The notes under the pieces: model-generated
Database searches by the model: none
Told to the model about the DNA's origin: nothing
What the model saw: the letters and a program-made list of their open reading frames with translations, nothing else
NCBI GenBank assembly: GCA_964474825.1
Contig: CAYYWQ010000001.1
Coordinates: forward strand, 1,130,184-1,194,183
Direction: 5' to 3'
Length of the DNA: 64,000 nt
From: an uncultured Candidatus Saccharibacteria bacterium
GTDB lineage: Bacteria > Patescibacteriota > Doudnabacteria > UBA920
Program-made: the position numbers and the translations under genes
Shown here: one piece after another, positions 49,178-59,244 of the stretch
How positions within the stretch are numbered: the first letter of the stretch is position 1
Layout: each line of letters opens with the position of its first letter

Positions 49178-50638
49178 ATGGACAAACACATTCCAGAAGC
49201 CTTAACGTTCGACGACGTATTGCTGGAGCCGCAATACAGCGATGTGCTGCCCACTGAAGTTGATACCAAAACATTTTTTTCAAAAAACATCCAGCTAAAT
49301 ATTCCTATTGTTAGCGCCGCCATGGACACTGTTACCGAGGCGGCGCTTGCTGTTGCTTTGGCCCAGCAGGGCGGTATTGGTGTTATCCATAAAAATTTAT
49401 CCATAGAACGACAAAAGGAAGAAGTGGACAAAGTTAAGCGCAGTGAGTCTGGAATGATAGTAGATCCTTTTACCATGAGGCCGGACAAAACCATCCGTGA
49501 GGCCATTAGTTTAATGGACAAGTACGGTATTTCCGGCGTGCCTGTTGTTTCCGCTGACGACAAATTAGTCGGCATTTTAACTCACCGTGATTTGCGTTTT
49601 GAAACCAGAATGGATGTGCCAATCTCCGAAGTTATGACCAAGGAAAAATTAGTTACCGTTCCCGTTGGAACTACCATGGAGCAGGCAAAGGAGCTACTGC
49701 ATAAACACCGCATTGAAAAAGTTTTGGTGGTAGACGAGCAGGGCAAGCTTAAAGGTTTAATTACTGTTAAAGACATTCAAAAGCAAATTAAGTATCCCAA
49801 TGCGGCTAAAGATAAAATGGGCAGACTTCGCGTGGCTGCGGGAATTGGTGCAGGCGGGGACTTTATGGAAAGGGCCGCGGAATTGGTTAAGGCGGGTGTG
49901 GATGCGTTAGTTATAGACAGCGCGCATGGCTTTAGTAAAAGAGTTGTTGAGGGGATAAAGAAAATAAAAGCCCAATTTCCGGAAGTAGATTTAGTGGCAG
50001 GCAATGTTGCTTCTGAAGACGGCGCCAAAGCTTTAATAGACGCAGGTGTGGATGCTGTTAAAATCGGTATGGGTCCGGGCAGTATTTGCACAACAAGAAT
50101 TGTTAGCGGTTGCGGCGTGCCGCAAATTTATGCCATAACAGAAGCAGCCAAGGCCTGCAAAAAAGCAGGTGTGCCACTTATTGCCGACGGCGGCATAAAG
50201 TTTTCCGGTGACATTACCAAAGCTATTGCCGCGGGAGCGCAGACCGTTATGGTCGGCAGTTTGTTTGCCGGAACCGAAGAATCTCCGGGAGAAACTATTT
50301 TATACCAGGGCAGGACTTTTAAATCTTACCGGGGTATGGGCAGCATTGGCGCTATGAAAGAAGGCAGCAAGGACCGCTACGGCCAGGACCAGATTGCGGT
50401 TGGTAAATTAGTACCAGAAGGCATTGAAGGCCGTGTGGCTTACAAGGGCAGTTTGGAAAAAATGGTAGAGCAGTTAATTGGGGGACTGCGCTCGGGCTTA
50501 GGATACTGCGGCGCGCATAATTTAAAAGAACTTCAGGAAAAAGGAAAATTTATTCGCATTACAACTGCCGGACTAACAGAGAGCCATGTGCACGACGTTA
50601 CCATAACTAAAGAAGCGCCGAATTATCACTTAGACTAA
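49178..50638 (+). CDS. guaB: IMP dehydrogenase with CBS pair
   Basis: [44 protein letters not shown]. Confidence 0.98.
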   Translation: MDKHIPEALTFDDVLLEPQYSDVLPTEVDTKTFFSKNIQLNIPIVSAAMDTVTEAALAVALAQQGGIGVIHKNLSIERQKEEVDKVKRSESGMIVDPFTMRPDKTIREAISLMDKYGISGVPVVSADDKLVGILTHRDLRFETRMDVPISEVMTKEKLVTVPVGTTMEQAKELLHKHRIEKVLVVDEQGKLKGLITVKDIQKQIKYPNAAKDKMGRLRVAAGIGAGGDFMERAAELVKAGVDALVIDSAHGFSKRVVEGIKKIKAQFPEVDLVAGNVASEDGAKALIDAGVDAVKIGMGPGSICTTRIVSGCGVPQIYAITEAAKACKKAGVPLIADGGIKFSGDITKAIAAGAQTVMVGSLFAGTEESPGETILYQGRTFKSYRGMGSIGAMKEGSKDRYGQDQIAVGKLVPEGIEGRVAYKGSLEKMVEQLIGGLRSGLGYCGAHNLKELQEKGKFIRITTAGLTESHVHDVTITKEAPNYHLD

Positions 50639-50674
50639 ACCGCTGATGGACGCAGATAGTAACGCGGATTTAAC

Positions 50675-50715
50675 GATAATAAAAAATACCCCGACTTGGG
50701 GTATTTTTTATTATC
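50675..50715. terminator. Bidirectional terminator
   Basis: GATAATAAAAAATACCCC-GACTT-GGGGTATTTTTTATTATC. Confidence 0.85.
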
Positions 50716-50721
50716 CAACAA

Positions 50722-51096
50722 TTAATTTTGGTTTAATATTTCGTCTATCCGTAAACACAAATCGTCAATTTTGGTTTGGGCTTTTACATAGTAATCGGTA
50801 ACCTGTAGCTCCTTGGCTTGGTTTACAGATTCCGGTTTGTTTAAATTGCTGTAAATAATTACCGGAGTTTTGCTTAAGCCGGCCTCTTGGCGCAGCTGGC
50901 CCAAAACTTCGAAGCCGTTAAGTTTTGGCAAAAGTAAATCTAAAATTACTAAATCTGGCCTGTGAGTTTTAAATTTTGCCACTGCCTGCTCACCGTCTTC
51001 AGCCTGAATAATTTCATGGTGCTGAAGCATTAACTTATCTGTTAAAACTTTACGTAGCTCTCCGTCATCTTCTACTACCAAGATTTTGCCGAACAT
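50722..51096 (-). CDS. Single-domain response regulator (receiver only)
   Basis: ILVVEDD, PDLVILDLLLPKLNGF, PVIIYS, DYYVK. Confidence 0.93.
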   Translation of the reverse strand: MFGKILVVEDDGELRKVLTDKLMLQHHEIIQAEDGEQAVAKFKTHRPDLVILDLLLPKLNGFEVLGQLRQEAGLSKTPVIIYSNLNKPESVNQAKELQVTDYYVKAQTKIDDLCLRIDEILNQN

Positions 51097-51425
51097 AAGG
51101 GTAAAAATAATTATTAGCGACGTAGAGCGAGTCCGACCATTTATGGTCGAGCGAGCCGAGGAGCTAATACAGGTTCAATAGCCTGCTAGCTCTGTCGCGA
51201 GGAACCTTAATTTGCTTAAGTATAACAAATATTTTCAAACAGTCCAAAATTATTAAGTGTATTAAATTTAAGAATTGGGCGAGATTTTTCTTGCATTTTT
51301 GGCTTAGGTATGCTATAATATAAGTACAAAATTTTTTAAAAGCTTTAAAAAATGGTTCACCCATTAAATCAAAATTAATTTAACGGGTAAAAATAGCTAT
51401 TTTTGAAGCGTGAAACAAAAACAAA

Positions 51426-54400
51426 ATGAAATCTTATTTTAAAGCCTTTTTAGGCTTTAGTAGTGTTTTTGCACTATCAATTGTGTTGGCTGCCCAAACA
51501 GCCTCGACTTTGTCTTACGTAGACGCCAGTGTCACTTCCAGTGAGCTGACATTTTTAAATACCCGGCATTTTACAGCCGGAAAAGTTTTGGGGGTCGTTT
51601 TTGCGGCAACCCCAACTCCTGCTCCGGCTGCTTACCAGTCTTCTTTACCCGCTCCTACAAAACTTTCCATAACCTGTTCGGCTGATGGAAAAACCGTAAC
51701 TTCTAAATGGGTAGCGCCCAGCGGTTATAATACTTTTTATTTCAGGGCGCAAATAGGAGCCACCAGCAGCAATTGGGCCCCGGAAGTTGTGCAGGATGAT
51801 GTTGTGGGAACCACCACCACTTTTTCTTCCCAGTCGGGTAAAGATTATAATATTTGGGTACACACCAAAAATCCTGTTAACGGCAATTGGAGCGACCTTA
51901 TACAAGGAACTGTGGTTTGTAAAGTAGCTCCGACTCCGACACCTACTCCTACTGTCATAGGCACGCCTACGCCAACTCCGACGCCTGAGACTATTAATAC
52001 TTTAGATTTTTTTCTTACAAACCATCCGGAAAAAAGTTTGACCGGCAGTCATCCTATTAGCCAAACTATAGCCGGACAAAACGCCTACTATGTAAAATGG
52101 GACAACGTGTCTTATGAAATTTATTCTTGGGATGACAGTTATATTTATTTAAACGAGGACCATAGCGGGACGCCTAACCCGCAGGATTATACTTTTACCC
52201 CGGGCAAATGGTTAAAGCGCCAAATGAAAGTAGGGGAGACAATAGATGTTTCCGACAACCGTTTGCAGTGGTATGATCATCAAACTTGCGCCGTGGGTAA
52301 TAACCAAGCGTTCCCTTATAAAATAGTCTTAGAACAGCATATACCCAATTACAATATGGGGGGAAGTTTAGGTACTCAAGACGTAATTGTAGTTAAATAT
52401 GATTATTCCAATGCTACATTAAAAGATTTTGAAAGATCTTATTACAGCAAGGAATGGGGTTGGGTCAAATGGGAATTCTATAAAAATGGCGTGCTCAGTC
52501 AAACCTCAACTTTTAATAATTTTACCAGCCAGCCGCCCATTGCCCCGAATTTAGGATTAGCCTGTTCCAAAAAAACTACTCCTCCTTCAGGCGGATCCAC
52601 AGAGTACTTAAAAAAACAAACTTTGGTTTTTTCCATTGACCAAGGTTTTAGTAATGGGATGTTGGCGCTAGGGGATACGGTTGGCTTGGAGAGAATGATA
52701 AGCAATTTAAAACAATTGCAAACCAAGTATGAAGTTTATGTTAGTGTTGAGCCTAAACTACGGGACAAAACTAAGATAGATAAAATTTTAGACGTACTTG
52801 TAAAAAACAATATTCCTTTTGTTTTTGACGTTTACGCTTCGGACAATATGTCCGTGGGGAATGACGAGCTGAATTTGGCATTCGATGTCCCGCACGGCAG
52901 GGCAATGTCCATTGAACAGATCGGGGCATATAAAACCAAGTACGGTAATTCGTTCGCGGGACTTCGTTCCCATGAAGTATTTGCTTCAAACTTTACCATT
53001 TTAGCTTGCCAAAAACTTGGTGTGGATTGGTGCGATAGTTTTAAAAATAACTTACCAAAAGATAATTTTTACCAAAAAGCTTTTCTGGAAGAATATATAA
53101 AGTTTGCAAATGAAAAGGGGATGTTCTTTATGTTCCAGGATTTTTATTGGTCTGCTTACCACCCGTGGGATTTTGACAAAAATGTAGTTAAGCAGGAGCA
53201 GAATGAACAGGAATTAAAAGATTTAATAAACAAATACCCAAACACGGTTGTGATAATGTTTGCCAATAACGAACCTGCTTATTTATCACGAAGCAAAAAA
53301 GATACCTGGACAGATGCCTTACAACCGGTAATAAATTCTTCCATAAAAGGTTTTGGCCTTTCCGACCAAAGCTGGATGTGTGAAAGCGAATTAAGTCCGG
53401 AGGGAGGCAAGCTTTCCGGTGTTGATTCAGGCAAACTCTGTCCGCCATCTGAAATTGCCTCTTGGGCTAGTACTGCTTTTGCCAAAGGCGCGAAGATTGT
53501 GCAGTTTGAACCAAGCTGGTACTTGTGGAATTTTCCTAAAGCTACCATTGGTGGTTTGGTAGATTATACAAAAGACGCTGCCTGGAAAGACCGCGGCGCC
53601 CCTTCTTCCGCGCTTGTGGAATTGGGAAAGGTTTTGGGAGTAACTATATCTAGCCCTGTCGTTACGTTGCCTCCTATTGCCACAACGACTCCTCCATCAA
53701 TTTTCAAAACCTCAGTGATTATTCGTGCTAATGGCACTCCAGTTGACACTGTTTACCCCAATATGGAGTTAAGGGCGGGGGACAAGCTGCTGAAAAGTTG
53801 GACAGTAACTGCCACTTCGGCTAACTATGTTTATCAAACTAATGATGACTATTCCTCTTCCAAATTAAGAGTTACCTTTACCAATGACGCCTATAAGGAA
53901 CCCCAAGACAGGAATTTAATTGTAGACTATTTAGATGTAAACGGAAAAAAATATTTAACCACCGACCCTTCTATTTATTCTGTTGGCTCTTGGACTCCGG
54001 CCAATGGCTGCGAAGGCGGGTATAAAAAATTAAATATTTTAGCCTGCAACGGATACTTTGAATTCCAAATTCAATCGTCAGTCACCCCCACGCCTACTCC
54101 TATTGCATCGGCCACTCCATCCCCAACCTCAACTCCAAATCCAACTCCGACACCCACGCCTATTCCTACTCCCGACCCGTCATTAAAAAGTGAAAAACCT
54201 ATTGGGTATTTTGATTTAATACAAAACGGTGTGGCAATAGGTTGGGCGGCTGATCCTGATGTGCCGGCGCAATCCATAGATGTTCATTTTTATTTGGACA
54301 AACCGGCGGGAAGCGGGGGAATGATTGGTTATGCAGGAGCAAATGTTTTGCGGTCAGACGTAAACAAGGCAGTAAAGGTTACGGGTAATCATGGTTTTGA

Positions 54401-56420
54401 ATTTTCTATTCCGGCAAAGTATCGTGATGGAAAAACTCATACACTATACGTCTATGGCATAGACGCAGGCAAAGGCGAAAATCCTTTGTTAACCGGATCC
54501 CCAAAAACTTTTAATTTATTATCAGGTGTAATTCCTACTCCTACGCCAACACCAAATCCGGTAAAGCCGGTTTTACAGACGCCTGTGCCGAATTCTACTT
54601 TGAGCGGGCCGAGCCAGACTTTTAGCTGGGGTGCAGTGGCCGGTGCAACTAAGTATTGGTTAGATGTCGGCAACAGCCAAGGCCAGGGAGATATCTCAGC
54701 GGGGGAGTTAACGGCAACTTCTAAAACTATTTCTAATCTTCCAACAGAAGGTGGTACGCTTTATATCCGCTTGTGGTCTTTTGTGAATGGGGCCTACTCA
54801 GATAATTTTAATGACTACAAAGTTACCGCCGCTTCCACGGACAATACTCCCGTGGCCTTTGGCGCCACTGCTACAAGTAAGCTTGGAAATTACCCCAGAC
54901 CAAAAAACGGTATTCAAACAATGTTTTACACCATACTTGGCCGTTCCAGTTTGGACCAGTATATGAATTTTTTGAGTAAAGAAATAGATTATTTGTGGTT
55001 TGACCAGTCCAGCTTGGCATATCCTGCCGCAGCCAATACTTATGACTTCAGCGATTTTTATAAAGGTGTGGGACAACTCACCGCTTTGAACCCAAATATG
55101 AAAATCGGCACCCATGCCGGCTCGGTCGCGGAATTTGGCTCTTACCATTTGCCTTATAGCTATTTAAGCGACAGCGATTTTTTGCATGACACAAGCGGCA
55201 ATTTAATTAAAGATCCCGCGGAAGACACTTTCCGTTTTTTGAATGTCTCCAGTCCCGCGGCGCGCCAAAAATTAGTCAGCGCCTGGAAAGATATTTTTGC
55301 TAAAAACCCTTCCTTGTCCGGGATAAATATGGACGGCTATGAATTATATTATACGCGCCCGCCTTTGCAGAATGGCTGTAAGGAAGGCGCCTGTAATACC
55401 GCGGGTTTTTGGTTTAACGGAATTACGTCGTTGAGCCAGGAATTACGGGCCGCTTTGCCCGGCAAGGACGTAACCTATAACGGTTTATTCTTTTTTGCCA
55501 ACTATTCCATAACCCAGGGGCCAATGAATTCCGGGTTCGTAGATTATAATGACGGTGTATTAAGCGAATGGCCGCACGAAATGTACAACAACCCCCAGGT
55601 GTTTGCCCAATACTTAACCGTTATTAATTCCATTACCGCCAAAAATAAAAAAGTATTCTTTTGGGTCCAGCCCAAAATTAGCAACGCTTATACCCCGGAC
55701 TTAAATTTGGAAAGGTTTTTTCTCAGTAGTTATTTGTTAATCCAAAATAATCCTTTAACTTATTTTGGTTATCACCCCGGCGATATTTACAGTCCAACTC
55801 CCGGTATTTTCTTTTATCCTGACTGGAACAAAGATTACGGCTTGCCTCAGGGTACGTATACTTCCAGTTCGGGATTGTATACCCGGGTTTACCAAAACGG
55901 CATTGCTGTAGTCAACCCAAACGGCTATAGCCAAACTTTTAACTTCCCCGACTCCCGCAAATATAAACTTTGGGATGCAGCCAATGGCGCGGAAGTTTCC
56001 GGTTCAATAACAATTCCTGCTAACACAGGTAATTTTTACTTTGTCTCCACTTCCCCGGAAGTACAAAATTTACAGCCGCTTGTTAGCCAAACAACAGCTG
56101 GCGTGTGCCAAAATCCCACTAATATAACCCCTACATCAACCATTACCGGAAACACCACGAGTTTGTCATGGAGTCCGGTGCCGGGAGCCGTGAGTTATAA
56201 CATTAGGTTGGACGACGGTACTACTGACAGGTATTTAGATACAAGATTTGCAAACTGCCTTAGTAGTCCCCACTATTATTGTGTCAACGGGATTACTTCC
56301 ACATCTGTTGCCAATGTTCCGGTTAAACCGGGTAGAAGTTATAATTTTTGGATAGACCCTGTATATTCGCCTGAACGAAATTACTGTAATGGTGTTGTAA
56401 ATTTTAGTACCAAACCTTAA
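51426..56420 (+). CDS. Large secreted multidomain protein with two putative glycoside-hydrolase-like barrels, CBM-like and Ig/Fn3-like modules, PT linkers
   Basis: Signal/TM; TPTPTP linkers; FTNDAY..DRNLIVDYL CBM-like motif; GWAADPD..GNHGF Ig-like motif; DYGLPQG..YTRVYQNGIAVVNP GHL15-like C-terminus. Confidence 0.75.
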   Translation: MKSYFKAFLGFSSVFALSIVLAAQTASTLSYVDASVTSSELTFLNTRHFTAGKVLGVVFAATPTPAPAAYQSSLPAPTKLSITCSADGKTVTSKWVAPSGYNTFYFRAQIGATSSNWAPEVVQDDVVGTTTTFSSQSGKDYNIWVHTKNPVNGNWSDLIQGTVVCKVAPTPTPTPTVIGTPTPTPTPETINTLDFFLTNHPEKSLTGSHPISQTIAGQNAYYVKWDNVSYEIYSWDDSYIYLNEDHSGTPNPQDYTFTPGKWLKRQMKVGETIDVSDNRLQWYDHQTCAVGNNQAFPYKIVLEQHIPNYNMGGSLGTQDVIVVKYDYSNATLKDFERSYYSKEWGWVKWEFYKNGVLSQTSTFNNFTSQPPIAPNLGLACSKKTTPPSGGSTEYLKKQTLVFSIDQGFSNGMLALGDTVGLERMISNLKQLQTKYEVYVSVEPKLRDKTKIDKILDVLVKNNIPFVFDVYASDNMSVGNDELNLAFDVPHGRAMSIEQIGAYKTKYGNSFAGLRSHEVFASNFTILACQKLGVDWCDSFKNNLPKDNFYQKAFLEEYIKFANEKGMFFMFQDFYWSAYHPWDFDKNVVKQEQNEQELKDLINKYPNTVVIMFANNEPAYLSRSKKDTWTDALQPVINSSIKGFGLSDQSWMCESELSPEGGKLSGVDSGKLCPPSEIASWASTAFAKGAKIVQFEPSWYLWNFPKATIGGLVDYTKDAAWKDRGAPSSALVELGKVLGVTISSPVVTLPPIATTTPPSIFKTSVIIRANGTPVDTVYPNMELRAGDKLLKSWTVTATSANYVYQTNDDYSSSKLRVTFTNDAYKEPQDRNLIVDYLDVNGKKYLTTDPSIYSVGSWTPANGCEGGYKKLNILACNGYFEFQIQSSVTPTPTPIASATPSPTSTPNPTPTPTPIPTPDPSLKSEKPIGYFDLIQNGVAIGWAADPDVPAQSIDVHFYLDKPAGSGGMIGYAGANVLRSDVNKAVKVTGNHGFEFSIPAKYRDGKTHTLYVYGIDAGKGENPLLTGSPKTFNLLSGVIPTPTPTPNPVKPVLQTPVPNSTLSGPSQTFSWGAVAGATKYWLDVGNSQGQGDISAGELTATSKTISNLPTEGGTLYIRLWSFVNGAYSDNFNDYKVTAASTDNTPVAFGATATSKLGNYPRPKNGIQTMFYTILGRSSLDQYMNFLSKEIDYLWFDQSSLAYPAAANTYDFSDFYKGVGQLTALNPNMKIGTHAGSVAEFGSYHLPYSYLSDSDFLHDTSGNLIKDPAEDTFRFLNVSSPAARQKLVSAWKDIFAKNPSLSGINMDGYELYYTRPPLQNGCKEGACNTAGFWFNGITSLSQELRAALPGKDVTYNGLFFFANYSITQGPMNSGFVDYNDGVLSEWPHEMYNNPQVFAQYLTVINSITAKNKKVFFWVQPKISNAYTPDLNLERFFLSSYLLIQNNPLTYFGYHPGDIYSPTPGIFFYPDWNKDYGLPQGTYTSSSGLYTRVYQNGIAVVNPNGYSQTFNFPDSRKYKLWDAANGAEVSGSITIPANTGNFYFVSTSPEVQNLQPLVSQTTAGVCQNPTNITPTSTITGNTTSLSWSPVPGAVSYNIRLDDGTTDRYLDTRFANCLSSPHYYCVNGITSTSVANVPVKPGRSYNFWIDPVYSPERNYCNGVVNFSTKP

Positions 56421-56465
56421 ATTAAAAAATCCGCCCCGAGTTATATCGGGGCGGATTTTTTAATT
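56420..56465. terminator. Bidirectional terminator
   Basis: AATTAAAAAATCCGCCCCGA..TCGGGGCGGATTTTTTAATT. Confidence 0.85.
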
Positions 56466-56474
56466 ATGTTGGTA

Positions 56475-58073
56475 TTATCCCCATTCAATCGTTACGGGGG
56501 GCTTGTCTGATATTCTATAAACTACCGCGCCTACTTCCCTTATTTCATTGGTCAGCCTGCGGGAAACGTGTTTTAAAAAGTCGTAGGGGAGTTCTGCGGC
56601 GCGGGCGGTAAAGCCGTTTACACTCCAGACGGCCCAAAGAGCTATAACGTGCCCTTCTGCCGCGTCGTCGCCTTTAGTGCAGGTGGTCATGGAATTTGTA
56701 ACCACGCCTCCGGCCTGCCAAATGTCGTTGTAAAGTTCCCACTTCCGCAGCTCTTCAATGTAAATGCCGTCAATTTTTCTGGCAATGGCCAGTTTTTCGG
56801 CAGTAACTTCTCCCTCGATTCTAACAACCAAGCCGGGCCCTGGGAAAGGGTGGCGGATTAGTAGTTCTTCCGGAACACCAATAGAGCGGCCAATGTTTCT
56901 GCCTGTGTCTTTTACGCTGTCTATTAACGGTTGGATTTCAGGCAAAGAAAATTTTAGCCCTACGTTGTGGTGAATTTTTATCTGTGCTTTCTTGGCTCCT
57001 GAGTCGTAACCGCCGCCGCTTTCGGAAACGTCTGTATAAAGTGTCCCTTGGGCAATAAATTCCGCGCCAAAGTTTTTAGCTTCAGTTTCCAGAATTTCTT
57101 TATAAACGTCCCGCATGGAAAGGCGTTTTTCCTTCATGGAAACTTTGCCTTTTAATTCTTTTAAAAATTTGTCCGTGGCATCTACAATTTTTACTTGTAT
57201 CCAGGGTTCGCTACCAAAATATTTTACAACGTTAGCTTCGTCATCCGGCCGGTCTATGCCTTTAATATAGACACCCAGGATTTGGTTGGGTTTTTCGTTT
57301 ACCCCATGTTTAAGGAGAAACGCCACAGTCGCGGAATCGCTACCGCCGGAAAGAGCCAGTAAAACTTTTTTGTCTCCAACCTGTTTTTTTAATTCATCGA
57401 TCTTTCTTTTTGCTGTCTCTTGGGCCGGGAATTTGTCTTTGGCGCCGCAAATATTAAAGCAAAAGTTTTCGTAAATCTTGTCGCCGTTTTCCGTTTCCGT
57501 AACTTCAGGGTGGAACTGCACGCCCCACAAATGTTTGTAGTGGCCGGCGGAAGTTGGGGCGTCATCTGTTACTCCGACTATGGTTAATTTATCATCCGGC
57601 TCAATAATATCGCCATGACTTTCAAGGACATTAAAATGTTCGGGGAGATTATCGAGCAGCGGCGATTTCCCGGTTAGCTTGAATTCATGTGTGCCAAATT
57701 CCCGCTTTTCCGAAAGCCTGACTTTTACGCCAATATGGTGTGCCCACATTTGAAACCCTAAGCAAATTCCTAAAACCGGAATACCTAAATCAAAAATTTT
57801 CCCGTCAAAAGGAGGTTGTTCGTAAGCTGAGGCCGGTCCGCCGGAGAGTATTATCCCTGTTGGCTTTATAGCTACTACATCATCAGACGTAACCGTTGCC
57901 GGGTCTGCCACTAAACAAAAAACGCCCAAGGCGTCTAATTTTTGTTTGATCAGGTGATCAAACTGGCTGCCCATGGAAAACAAGAGAAATAATTCGTCAG
58001 TCTTCCTGATTTTTTTCTCTTCCGATATTTCCTTTAGGGCTTCAGAGGTGGCTTTTTTAAATGTTTGGAGCAT
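56475..58073 (-). CDS. guaA: GMP synthase (glutamine-hydrolysing)
   Basis: ILSGGPAS, GICLGFQ, QFHPEV, SGGSDS PP-loop, HHNVG, RHPFPGPGL, KPPVTIEW; start moved to 58073 so it does not overlap the tRNA. Confidence 0.95.
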   Translation of the reverse strand: MLQTFKKATSEALKEISEEKKIRKTDELFLLFSMGSQFDHLIKQKLDALGVFCLVADPATVTSDDVVAIKPTGIILSGGPASAYEQPPFDGKIFDLGIPVLGICLGFQMWAHHIGVKVRLSEKREFGTHEFKLTGKSPLLDNLPEHFNVLESHGDIIEPDDKLTIVGVTDDAPTSAGHYKHLWGVQFHPEVTETENGDKIYENFCFNICGAKDKFPAQETAKRKIDELKKQVGDKKVLLALSGGSDSATVAFLLKHGVNEKPNQILGVYIKGIDRPDDEANVVKYFGSEPWIQVKIVDATDKFLKELKGKVSMKEKRLSMRDVYKEILETEAKNFGAEFIAQGTLYTDVSESGGGYDSGAKKAQIKIHHNVGLKFSLPEIQPLIDSVKDTGRNIGRSIGVPEELLIRHPFPGPGLVVRIEGEVTAEKLAIARKIDGIYIEELRKWELYNDIWQAGGVVTNSMTTCTKGDDAAEGHVIALWAVWSVNGFTARAAELPYDFLKHVSRRLTNEIREVGAVVYRISDKPPVTIEWG

Positions 58074-58134
58074 ATACCACATTATACAGAAAACAAATAA
58101 GATTATCAAAAACCGCCCGCAGGCGGATATTCTT

Positions 58135-58208
58135 TGGTGGACCATGGGAGAATCGAACTCCCGCCTATCGGATGCAAACCGATTGCACTACCACTATGCT
58201 AATGGCCC
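58135..58208 (-). tRNA. tRNA-Ala(TGC)
   Basis: GGGCCAT/ATGGTCC acceptor with G3:U70; ATCGG-TTTGCAT-CCGAT anticodon arm; CCA. Confidence 0.95.
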
Positions 58209-58288
58209 TTATTATAAAACCTTTGACATTTAACCTTTGACAATTGACATCAGCGATTGAAAATCCCGAGGAGCGACCCTCGGAATAA

Positions 58289-58564
58289 TTATATTATCAT
58301 TTGAATTATCATCGAAGTTTGGCCGCCTAACTCAGGGCCAACGCTGCCACTCCCAGGTAGTTTATTAAACAGCCACAGTACACTCATTATGCACATAGCC
58401 AAGCCAAACAGCTTCCACCAGGTGTAGGTGCCGGCGCCTATGCCAACTCCTAAATATTTTTCTGCTAAATCTATTTTACCGGAAAACTGGTCGGTAATAA
58501 CAACGGAATATTTCATAACAAGTACACCGGCAATAAAAAGGAGAGGGGAGAGGAAGAAGCGCAT
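58289..58564 (-). CDS. Small 2-TM hypothetical protein
   Basis: MRFFLSPLLF..AEKYLG.G..GTYTWWKLFG; start moved to 58564. Confidence 0.7.
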   Translation of the reverse strand: MRFFLSPLLFIAGVLVMKYSVVITDQFSGKIDLAEKYLGVGIGAGTYTWWKLFGLAMCIMSVLWLFNKLPGSGSVGPELGGQTSMIIQMII

Positions 58565-58584
58565 AAATTTTGTTTTTATAAATA

Positions 58585-58833
58585 TTATGGTTTTAAACCC
58601 AGGATCAGCTTTTCTCTTTTGATCCGTGACCATTTTTTAACCTGAATTTCTCTTTGTATTGCTTCGTTCAATGTTGGGTATGTTTCTGTGTAAACTATTT
58701 TCCCGCCTCCATGTTGCTTGGTCCACTGTGCGCCAATGCCGGGATTATGCCTTTTTTCTCTTTGAGGAGGATAATTGGTGTTTCCCGCGTACAAAGTATT
58801 ATCTTCGCACCGAAACAAGTAAAAATAAAACAT
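58585..58833 (-). CDS. Stand-alone GIY-YIG nuclease (UPF0213/YazA-like), possibly degenerate
   Basis: FYFYLFRCEDNTLYAG..RHN.G.GAQWT..IVYTE..AIQREIQVKKWSR. Confidence 0.8.
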   Translation of the reverse strand: MFYFYLFRCEDNTLYAGNTNYPPQREKRHNPGIGAQWTKQHGGGKIVYTETYPTLNEAIQREIQVKKWSRIKREKLILGLKP

Positions 58834-58952
58834 ATATTTTGCCCCTCGGCTGCGCTCGGGACACTCGACTCGCTGTAAAAATCGTGGTTGGTTGAGGCCT
58901 CACAAAGGCCGAAACCACGAGCGAGCTTTGGCGCTAGCCAAAGCGAGTCGAG

Positions 58953-59027
58953 TGGTGGGTGCGGCAGGGATCGGACCTGCGACCCCGTCATTATCAGTGA
59001 CGTGCTCTACCACTGAGCTACGCACCC
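58953..59027 (-). tRNA. tRNA-Ile(GAT)
   Basis: GGGTGCG acceptor; CGTCA-CTGATAA-TGACG anticodon arm; CCA; atypical T-loop TCCGATC. Confidence 0.92.
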
Positions 59028-59244
59028 GTAAAACGGTTTTGCTTAGAAATCTCTCCTTCTATTAGGGAGGCAGGTGGCTGATAAACACCTTAACTTCTTG
59101 GTATTTTACCAGAAAGGAACTTTTTTGACAACTGGCAGAGAATATATTATGATAAATGAGTAATTACCGTCTGTTTCTTGCTGAAATCAAAAAATTTTGT
59201 AGCACATTTGGAACCCAAATTCAGGTTCTTCAAAAACCATAAAA

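Noticed and set aside
58074-58145. N-terminal extension of guaA given in the ORF track
   Set aside because: It overlaps tRNA-Ala and the -10 box; ATG at 58073 fits better
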